This document shows positions 56,410 to 64,000 of a stretch of 64,000 bases of DNA, piece by piece. Position numbers and translations under genes: made by a program. This DNA is from an uncultured archaeon (lineage in GTDB: Archaea > Thermoplasmatota > Penumbrarchaeia > JASLWR01). The stretch spans positions 14,657 to 78,656 of the forward strand of contig CAYRFL010000002.1 of assembly GCA_964423515.1 (NCBI GenBank), in the 5' to 3' direction. Every line of letters starts with the position of its first letter. Position 1 is the first letter of the stretch. Under the pieces are notes generated by a model. That model was not told the origin of the DNA and ran no database searches. It worked only from the letters and a program-made list of their open reading frames with translations.

Positions 56410-59400
56410 TCACCTGTTCAGGACCGCCAGCAGCTCCCGGTGCTGCTCCGCCGTGATGCCAAGGTTCTTCCTGCTCTCCGCCAGCATCCTTTCCTCGTTC
56501 TCGTCGATGACGCCGTCCTCGAGTACCATCAAAAGAAGGTTTCGGTAAGCACTGAGGTTCGATTCCACCGGTGCTCCCACGGAGGAACGCGTGATGACCG
56601 AATCCGACACGTTCACCGTTCCCGGGGCACCCGAGGCCAAGGTCCCGAAATCGAGGTTGGAGCGCTGGATAATGGAATCCTTTATTTCCACGTTGACCTG
56701 GGTAACTGGCTGAAGCTGGCGCCACCTCTTTCCCAGCTTGTCGGTGACCCTGCGGGAGATGTCGACGAGGACCGGTGCAAGATGCTCCCTGCGGCTGCAT
56801 GCCGCGAATATCTCCAGGGTACGTGTGCTCGTCATCACCGAGGCCCGCACTATCACCTTGTCCGTCCTGTCCTGTGAAGTGGCGAAGAACCAGGAGGATT
56901 CCATGTCCCTGCTCCGTGTGTCCCGGACCTTGGTGAAGTTCGTCTCCAGAATGGCCTCCTTCGCGATTCCCAGCACCTCGGCGATTGGAACCTTGGGATC
57001 TATCCCGTAGATGCGGGAATCCTGGTATCTCGCCTCGGTCACTATTATTCCCTTCAGGGCGGCGATGTTCACGTTGGCATCGCTCATGACGCTGGGGGGT
57101 TCTATGTTGACGTTCATCCGATCGATGGAAGCGCTGCGGTATCTGCCGCCGTTGTCGACGTAGATAAGGGAAGTGTCCAGATATGTACCCGTGGAGATCT
57201 GGGGATCGAAATAGACCCGGGTCCTCCTCTCCGCCCCCTTGGGTATGAGACCCAGCGACACCGAGTTGGCGGATACGGGAAGCTGGGGGCTCGTATGGGA
57301 CAGCCTGATGACGTTCTCGTCGAGGCCGACCCTCAATTCGCCCGAGCGTACGTCGAAGAGCGTATTGTTCCTTATGGTCAGGGATTGGACGACGTATCCT
57401 CCCTCGTACTCCAGTTCTCCGTACAGGGACACGTCCGAGGCCATGACGTCCGAGCCGCCGCCCACGTCGGGGCCGCTCCCCGGCGATACGGTCTCCACAC
57501 CCTCCGAGAGCTTCATATCGGCAACGTTGACGTTCTCGCGGACCTTGACCTGGAATCCCCGCAGGTTCTTTATGGCCTGGGTGAAGTTCCTGCTCTTGGC
57601 CACCGTGATCAGCTGCTCGACGTTCCGGGAGATCTCCATGAGCTCGCGCCTGGCCTCGAATATGCGGTCGTCTCCCAGCTTCTTTACCGCAGAGTCGAAA
57701 TCCGATCGGCCTTTCCGGTAGCCTTCCTCCACCGTTCTCTTGTCCAGCGCCACCTCCGCCGATACGATGTTGCTCCGTACGCTGGTCAGCATCCCCTCGA
57801 TATTGGCCGACAGCGCTTCGTCCCGGTCCCTCCTTGACGACTGAAGCGCCATCTCCAGGTTACTGAGAGCTGTACGGTACTCCCCCAGCGCCCTTACGTA
57901 TTCACCACGGTTGAAGAGGTCGCTGCCGCGCTTGGACGCACCCTTCCCGGTATCGAAGGCCCTCTGGGCCGTATTGAGCCGCTGCACCTCGATATTCTTA
58001 TTTGCCTTCTTCCCTGCCGACCTGTTCTTCACTACCGAGACTATGACGGCGATGATTATTATGACCACGAACACCCCCACGCCGGCATACATCAGACAAA
58101 AGTTCCAGAAAGAGGAGATGGGGGACTCCTCGTATTCGAACTGGGGTATTTCCCTGTCGTCCGATTCCCACGTTATCTCATCTCCGTCGTCCTCAGCTGT
58201 GATGACGATATCCTCCGGAAAGGTGCTGACCTCCAGCGTGAAGTAGGCATAACCCTCGGAGTCGGTGTGGTTCTCGTATAGCTTTCCGTTTAGCTCGAAG
58301 CTGACCCTGGCCCCCGTCACGGGTTCATCGAGCCAGCCGGATTCGTCCTGATCGCGCTTTACCGGGCCGAGCTTGTAGATTATCCTCACGAAGTCCGGGA
58401 GAGTATCCCCGGACAGCCAATCTATCTCCTGTCCCTGGGAGATGGCGTTCATCATGGTCCCGTCCGGCAGGTCCTCGAAGTTGAAGGGGCCGAAATATGC
58501 GTAACCGTACTCGTCGGTCAGATTCCGGTACTCCTTTCCGTCAAGGGTGAAGCTGACCTCTGCTCCCTGGACATAGTCACCGTAATAGGAATCCTCCTCG
58601 GTTATGCGCTCAAGGGAACCCACCTTGATCATGTACCGTTTGAAACTGGGCTCGTCATCTCCGGCCAGCCAGTGGAGCGTCTCCCCATCATAGGTCGCTC
58701 TGATCTCCGTACCCTCCGGGATCCAACTTACCCGTCTTCCATCCCGAACGATTATGAAATCCACATACCCTTCCGCGTCCGTCAGGTTCTCGTATGTGAT
58801 CCCTCCGAGCTCGAAGCCGACGAGAGCTCCGGCGAGACCCGCGCCCCAGCTCGATCTCTCCGTCATGAGCTTGATGGAGCCGATCCTCAAGACGTCATCG
58901 GAGAAGTAAGCGGGAGAGTAATATGAGTTCCAAGTGACCCATTCGGCGCCGATACTGGCATTGATCTCAGTTCCCGACAGCTTACCCACGGGCAGAACGA
59001 AGGTGGCATAGCCATCGTCGTCCGTGAGGTTCTCGTAATATACTCCACAGTATTCGAATGAGACCATGGCACCCTCTATCGTCTCGCTGTTGTAGTCTCC
59101 CACCCGCCGCCTGACGGGACCTACCTCGACCTCGTAGGTTATCCTGGCCTTCTCGGCGGTCCAGATCCTGAGATAACTGCCGTAGTCCCCCTTGGACGAA
59201 TATATGACCTTCACGTCGCTCAGGGAATCAAAGGGCGGACAGAACCGTATGTACCGCCCCTTGATCTCATCCTCCACATCATCCCCGTCCTCGTCCACCG
59301 TCTCGGCGGTGAGGTAATTCCTGCTCCCGTCCCCGAAATCGTAAAGGACGGCATAAGCATCGTAGCTTGAGCTGGAACTGCGGTAGTTGTACAGAAGATA

Positions 59401-60165
59401 CTTTCCATCGGGTGAGAAGGAAGGATAGGTCTCGTCCACCGATTCCCCGACGATGAACTGCCTGTCCCAGCTGCCTCCGTCCTCGTCCATTATGTGAATG
59501 TCGTAGTCGTCATCGTTCTCCTCCGCCACGAAGGCGATCCTCTCACCGTCCGGGGAGAACGTGGGCGATGATTCGTCCCAGGCATGATCGGTCAATTGAT
59601 CCTCATCGCTGCCGTCTATCTCGCATTTCCATATGTCGAAGGGTATGCTGTCGATATATCCCCAATCACCCCAGTTCTTCGTGGTGTCGTTGTCCATGTT
59701 GGAGGAAAAGACCACCCAGTCGCCGTCGCTCGAGATGAAGCCCTCCTTGACGCTGAATGTGGTATCGATCAGCTTTGTGTGAGACCCTCCGTTGAAGTTC
59801 ATCACGAACACGGCAGGGACACCATCGGGATATCCCGTATACACGATCTTCGTTCCCGCGTCATCGCCCGTAGGTAATAATTCATCGAAATCGTTGTCGG
59901 TGAGCTGAACGTGGCCCGTGCCGTCCAGATTCATCCTCCATATATCTCCGTAGGAACCTCCGTCCTCCTCGGAGGAATAGAGTATCGTATTCTTTCTGGC
60001 AACCACGAAGGGATATTCATGATCGTATTTCAGCGCCCCTATCTCCTCTCTCTCCCATATTTCACCGGCTTCCGCTCCGGGAATGGCGAACAGGAAAGAC
60101 GAGAATAGAGTCAGTACCAGTATCAGAGCGGCGAAGTTGTTTGCTTTCATTGCTTTCCGGTGCAT
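56410..60165 (-). CDS. TolB-like (PD40) propeller receptor with four Ig-like repeats, TM, helical region and large cytoplasmic domain
   Basis: PTFSPDGERIAF and PSFSPDGKYL; four repeats of GAxVSF...YENLTDxxGYAxF (about 58140-59130); TM near 58040-58110. Start 60165 (GGGTG RBS) or 60150. Confidence 0.82.
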   Translation of the reverse strand: MHRKAMKANNFAALILVLTLFSSFLFAIPGAEAGEIWEREEIGALKYDHEYPFVVARKNTILYSSEEDGGSYGDIWRMNLDGTGHVQLTDNDFDELLPTGDDAGTKIVYTGYPDGVPAVFVMNFNGGSHTKLIDTTFSVKEGFISSDGDWVVFSSNMDNDTTKNWGDWGYIDSIPFDIWKCEIDGSDEDQLTDHAWDESSPTFSPDGERIAFVAEENDDDYDIHIMDEDGGSWDRQFIVGESVDETYPSFSPDGKYLLYNYRSSSSSYDAYAVLYDFGDGSRNYLTAETVDEDGDDVEDEIKGRYIRFCPPFDSLSDVKVIYSSKGDYGSYLRIWTAEKARITYEVEVGPVRRRVGDYNSETIEGAMVSFEYCGVYYENLTDDDGYATFVLPVGKLSGTEINASIGAEWVTWNSYYSPAYFSDDVLRIGSIKLMTERSSWGAGLAGALVGFELGGITYENLTDAEGYVDFIIVRDGRRVSWIPEGTEIRATYDGETLHWLAGDDEPSFKRYMIKVGSLERITEEDSYYGDYVQGAEVSFTLDGKEYRNLTDEYGYAYFGPFNFEDLPDGTMMNAISQGQEIDWLSGDTLPDFVRIIYKLGPVKRDQDESGWLDEPVTGARVSFELNGKLYENHTDSEGYAYFTLEVSTFPEDIVITAEDDGDEITWESDDREIPQFEYEESPISSFWNFCLMYAGVGVFVVIIIIAVIVSVVKNRSAGKKANKNIEVQRLNTAQRAFDTGKGASKRGSDLFNRGEYVRALGEYRTALSNLEMALQSSRRDRDEALSANIEGMLTSVRSNIVSAEVALDKRTVEEGYRKGRSDFDSAVKKLGDDRIFEARRELMEISRNVEQLITVAKSRNFTQAIKNLRGFQVKVRENVNVADMKLSEGVETVSPGSGPDVGGGSDVMASDVSLYGELEYEGGYVVQSLTIRNNTLFDVRSGELRVGLDENVIRLSHTSPQLPVSANSVSLGLIPKGAERRTRVYFDPQISTGTYLDTSLIYVDNGGRYRSASIDRMNVNIEPPSVMSDANVNIAALKGIIVTEARYQDSRIYGIDPKVPIAEVLGIAKEAILETNFTKVRDTRSRDMESSWFFATSQDRTDKVIVRASVMTSTRTLEIFAACSRREHLAPVLVDISRRVTDKLGKRWRQLQPVTQVNVEIKDSIIQRSNLDFGTLASGAPGTVNVSDSVITRSSVGAPVESNLSAYRNLLLMVLEDGVIDENEERMLAESRKNLGITAEQHRELLAVLNR

Positions 60166-60199
60166 ATGCGACACCCGTTTTCCATGGATCGAAAATAGA

Positions 60200-61645
60200 T
60201 CAATAGGTCTTGGCATAGGTTACCCAGTGTTTGGCCGGCCCTCCGCATTGGCCGCATCTGGCCCCGGAGGCGTCCCTCGTGGTATCGATGCCGAGCATGT
60301 TCATGTCCAGGGTCTCCACTATTCTGTCGTCGCAGCCCGTATCCCCGCACCAGCCTATGTTGACCAGGCCCTTTTCCACATCGTACGCCTCGTCCGCGTA
60401 GGTGACATCACGGGTGTCGGCCTTCATGAGCTCCTCCGCCCTGGCGAGCAGGTGAGCCTTCACCGCCTTGAGCTCTCTTGCGACCCCGGGGACGAGATCA
60501 TCGAATGGAACGGCGACCTTGCCGCCGTCCGTTCTCCGGACCATCATCACCTGTCCCGAATCCACGTCGCGGGGTCCTATCTCGATGCGCAGGGGCACCC
60601 CCTTGAGCTCCCAGTGATAGAACTTGCTCCCCGGCCTCAGGTCCCGGAGGTCCAGTTCCACCCGGTAGCCATTGTCCCTGAGCGTTTCCGAGAGCTCAGT
60701 GGCCTTCCGGACTATATCATCCTTTCTCTTCTTCATTATTATGGGGACCATGGCGATCTGGATTGGGGCCACGTCCGGGGGCATGATGATACCCCTGTTA
60801 TCGCCGTGAATGCCCACGATGGCACCAACCAGCCTTTCGCTCATGCCGTAGGTGGTCTGGTGAACGTGTCTGTGCTCTCCGTTCTCGTCCTCGTATCTGA
60901 TATCATAGGGTATTGAAAAATTCGTCCTGTACTGATGGACCGAGCCCAGCTGCAGGGTCTTTCCCGAGGGCATGTAGCAGTCGATGCCTATGGTGTAATC
61001 CGCCCCGGCGAACTTGTCCCATTCGGGCCTCTTTCGCTTGAGGCAGGGAAGGCACAGCCGATCGCCGAGACGGTCCATTATCTCGAGGTCCTCCCCTATC
61101 TGGCGCTCGGCGTCCTCGAAATCTCTGTGGCACGTGTGGGCCTCGAAGAAGTGGATCTCGCGCACCCTGATGAAGGCCCGTGTCTGCTTGGTCTCGTACC
61201 GAAACGTATTGACTATCTGGTAGGTCTTCAGAGGAAGGTCCGTGTGGGACCGCACCCAGAGGGAGAACATGGGATACATGGCGGTCTCGGACGTGGGCCG
61301 CAGCAGCATCGGGACGTCCAGCTCGTTGAGGCCTCCGTGTGTGACCCAGTAGACCTGGGAATCGAAGCCCTTGATGTGATCGGCCTCCTTCTGGAACTCG
61401 GATTTCGGTATCAGAAGTGGAAAATTGACCTCGCCGTGCCCGGTTGAATCCAGCTCCCGGCGGATGTGCTCGTCTATAAGGCGCATGATCTTCCATCCGT
61501 AGGGCGTCCATACGTTCATGCCCTTGATGGGGTACCTCTTGTCGCACAGATCGGCGTACTTGAGAACGTCGTTGTACCACCTGCTGAAATCCGACCTGTC
61601 CAGTTCTATCTCCATCTTGCCTGCTATGTCCCCCTTCTTGCCCAA
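60200..61645 (-). CDS. proS: Proline--tRNA ligase (archaeal/eukaryotic type)
   Basis: FSRWY, LRPTSET, FRYETKQTRAFIRVRE, QTTYGMSER, WELKGVPLRIEIGPRD, terminal AKTY. Confidence 0.97.
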   Translation of the reverse strand: MGKKGDIAGKMEIELDRSDFSRWYNDVLKYADLCDKRYPIKGMNVWTPYGWKIMRLIDEHIRRELDSTGHGEVNFPLLIPKSEFQKEADHIKGFDSQVYWVTHGGLNELDVPMLLRPTSETAMYPMFSLWVRSHTDLPLKTYQIVNTFRYETKQTRAFIRVREIHFFEAHTCHRDFEDAERQIGEDLEIMDRLGDRLCLPCLKRKRPEWDKFAGADYTIGIDCYMPSGKTLQLGSVHQYRTNFSIPYDIRYEDENGEHRHVHQTTYGMSERLVGAIVGIHGDNRGIIMPPDVAPIQIAMVPIIMKKRKDDIVRKATELSETLRDNGYRVELDLRDLRPGSKFYHWELKGVPLRIEIGPRDVDSGQVMMVRRTDGGKVAVPFDDLVPGVARELKAVKAHLLARAEELMKADTRDVTYADEAYDVEKGLVNIGWCGDTGCDDRIVETLDMNMLGIDTTRDASGARCGQCGGPAKHWVTYAKTY

Positions 61646-61796
61646 TGGCTCACCTCGTGATCCCGAATGTCATTTTATAACGCATCGGCATGAAATTATG
61701 CCAAATCGAACCATTCGAGGATAAATATTTGCCAAGTATAAATAACGTTTCCCGAAAGAGGGGTCGGGGTGGGGAATATGAGGTTTGAATCCGTCC

Positions 61797-62306
61797 CTAC
61801 AATTCAAAACTCCACAGCTCGTCACCGACGTAGTGAATGGTCCTTATCACCTTTCCCTTGTCAAGGGAAACCAGCTCTTCCCCCGCATGTTTCGATAGGC
61901 CCAGGGACAGGGGTCGGAGGTTCCTCTCGTCCCTCACCCAGATCACATCACCCTCGGCTATGGACGGATCCGCATCGATTATCCCCGGCGCCATCACATC
62001 CGCTCCATTGGCCAGATAGGGAACGGCGCCCATGTCCACGGTAACGTACTTTCTCTCCACCTCGAAGCGGTCCAGCCCCCGAAGCGTCAGGAAATAATCG
62101 CCCTCGTGCCTGAAGAACACCGGTATCTTGTCGATTATCAGGATATCCCATTGGCGGGAGACCGCATTCTCCACGGAGAGGGAGGACAGGGAAAAGGGGC
62201 GATCGTAATAACGTGACAGGTCCCGGTCCACCTTCTTCAACTGCTTCCTTCTCAGAAAATGCCTGGTCGAGAAAGACAGGTCCTTCAAGAATCTCACCCC
62301 ATTCAT
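61797..62306 (-). CDS. PUA-domain RNA-binding protein (DUF1947/MCT-1-like)
   Basis: VTVDMGAVPYLANGADVMAPGI...KGKVIRTIHYVGD. Confidence 0.9.
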   Translation of the reverse strand: MNGVRFLKDLSFSTRHFLRRKQLKKVDRDLSRYYDRPFSLSSLSVENAVSRQWDILIIDKIPVFFRHEGDYFLTLRGLDRFEVERKYVTVDMGAVPYLANGADVMAPGIIDADPSIAEGDVIWVRDERNLRPLSLGLSKHAGEELVSLDKGKVIRTIHYVGDELWSFEL

Positions 62307-62349
62307 ATACTATAATTGATCATAAGTGATCATCAATATTCATCAGCTA

Positions 62350-64000
62350 TCATGAGTAATATCCTCTCTGCCTCAGGTTGTTGTAGCACAGAACCCGGTT
62401 CTTCTCGGCAAGATCGTTGAGGGGATTGATATTCAGGGTCATCTCGAAACATTGGATGGCGTCGCGGTATCGGTTGAGATTGATCAGCGTGTTGCCCTTG
62501 TTATACCACGCGGTCTCGTCGTTCGGGTTCAGCTGAATGGCCTTGTCGAAGCATGTAATGGCCTCCTGGTACCTTCCAAGGGTATCGAGGATGTTACCCT
62601 TGTTGCCCCAGGCCTGCCACATATCCGGGTCGATGGAAAGCGTGTTGTCGAAGCATGACACAGCCTCTTCGTACCTTCCGATGTCCGCCAGCGCATTGCC
62701 CTTGTTATACCAGGCATCCTGGTCGTTGGGGTTTATCTCCAGCACCTTGTTGAAGCACAGTACCGCGTCCTCGAAACGGTTGTAATAGCTGCAGAGCACG
62801 ATCCCCTTGTCGTACCAGGCCAGGTCGAAATCGGGATTCACCTTGGTGGCCTCGTCGAAGCAGATGAGCGCTCCCTGGGGATCGTTGAGGTTCTGGGATA
62901 ATATGAGGCCCTTATCGTACCAGGTGTTCTCGCTCTTGGGGTCCAGCCGCAGGGATTTATCGAAGCAGCATATCGCATCGCTGTACTTCTCGAACTGGCT
63001 GGCGAAGATATGTCCCTTCTCGTACCATGCCTTGGCGTTCTTGGGATATTTCCGAGTCACCGTATCCAGTATCTTCAGGGCCTCGTTGTGCTTGCTCAGC
63101 ATTCCCGTGAGTATGTGGGCCTTGAGGTAAAGTGCCTTCTCGTTTTCCTTCTCGAGGTTCAGGGTTTCGTCGAGGACCCTCAGGGCCTCCTGGTACTTCT
63201 CGATGGTTACCAGTATCTTTGCGATCCCCACCAGGGCCTCCGTATTCCCTATATCCTTCGAGAGTACCTTCTTGAAACAGCCCAGCGCCTCATCGTATCT
63301 CGAATGGGCCTTGTAAAGGACGTTTCCCTTCCCCAGGAGCGCCGCAAGCGAATCCGGTTCCTCCTTGAGCGCATTTTCGTAGAATTCCAGCGCATCACCG
63401 GGATTTCCATCCTCCTCCAGGACCTCGCGGATCAACTCCAGGGCATCCTCATTGGTGGAATCCTTCTTCAGCACCTTTTTCAATACCTTCAGAGATCCCT
63501 TGGAATCACCCTTCTCCTTGAACAGTATCCTGGCCTTCAGGTTCTGAACATCGTAATTCTCTGGGTTTATTCTGATGGCCCCCTGAAGGTATCTCAGGGC
63601 CTCATCGACCTTGTGAAGGTTCTCGTAGAATATCTTGCCTTTCTCGAGCCAGGCAACATCCAGATAGGGTTCGAGCTTTATGGCCATGTCCAGGCATTTG
63701 ATGGCGTCGTCGTACTTCTTGAAAGCCCTTGCCAGAAGAACGCCCTTGTAATGCCATGCTTTCTCGTTGTCGGGATTGATCATGGTAACCTTGTCGAATG
63801 CCTCCAGGGCATCGATGTCCTTTTTCCTGTCGTAGTTGATCATACCCCTGTAAAAATGTCCTTCCTCATGATTCTCGTTTACGTCCACCAGCGTGGTGAA
63901 AGCCACAAGGGCTCCGTCCAGGTCTTCTAGGTTCTCGTAGAGGAATTTTCCCTTGAGGTAATTGCCCCGTACGGATTTCGGACCGATGGCAAGAGCCTGA
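62350..64000 (-). CDS. Tetratricopeptide repeat protein (5' end outside the window)
   Basis: Many 34-aa AWYNKG...A..CFDKA...P repeats; the frame stays open from GTG 63906 to the window edge. Confidence 0.9.
   Translation of the reverse strand, partial: QALAIGPKSVRGNYLKGKFLYENLEDLDGALVAFTTLVDVNENHEEGHFYRGMINYDRKKDIDALEAFDKVTMINPDNEKAWHYKGVLLARAFKKYDDAIKCLDMAIKLEPYLDVAWLEKGKIFYENLHKVDEALRYLQGAIRINPENYDVQNLKARILFKEKGDSKGSLKVLKKVLKKDSTNEDALELIREVLEEDGNPGDALEFYENALKEEPDSLAALLGKGNVLYKAHSRYDEALGCFKKVLSKDIGNTEALVGIAKILVTIEKYQEALRVLDETLNLEKENEKALYLKAHILTGMLSKHNEALKILDTVTRKYPKNAKAWYEKGHIFASQFEKYSDAICCFDKSLRLDPKSENTWYDKGLILSQNLNDPQGALICFDEATKVNPDFDLAWYDKGIVLCSYYNRFEDAVLCFNKVLEINPNDQDAWYNKGNALADIGRYEEAVSCFDNTLSIDPDMWQAWGNKGNILDTLGRYQEAITCFDKAIQLNPNDETAWYNKGNTLINLNRYRDAIQCFEMTLNINPLNDLAEKNRVLCYNNLRQRGYYS

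Overview
Archaeal chromosomal DNA, most likely from an uncultured Thermoplasmatota (Thermoplasmata-like) organism. This rests on archaeal-type TiaS, TrmI and ProRS, a PUA protein, a class III-signal pilin, TATA/BRE promoters and GAGGTG RBSs. The window holds about 38 CDS and two tRNAs (Thr-GGT, Leu-CAG). Housekeeping and amino-acid/C1 genes (fhs, acsE-like, tdh-kbl, split LKR/SDH, thiL) are interspersed with many large single-pass surface proteins (two M14 carboxypeptidases, a C25 peptidase, FG-GAP/PKD, a Kelch receptor kinase, a TolB-like receptor). I found no transposase, integrase, Cas gene or CRISPR array. Main unexplained signals: (1) a 140-bp tandem repeat that duplicates the 5' end of tRNA-Leu and carries a 13-nt antisense copy of the intact tRNA D-arm; (2) two dispersed copies of a 220-330 bp intergenic element with covarying stems and a G-rich 38-nt loop, one copy bounded by terminal inverted repeats; (3) two unrelated receptors sharing a 45-aa C-terminal module, one with a GPS/ZU5-like HLT motif and the other with a putative adaptin-appendage-like cytoplasmic domain; (4) two surface proteins with a homologous stalk but different heads; (5) a probable ATT start for tiaS. 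All assignments come from reading motifs by eye; no searches were run.
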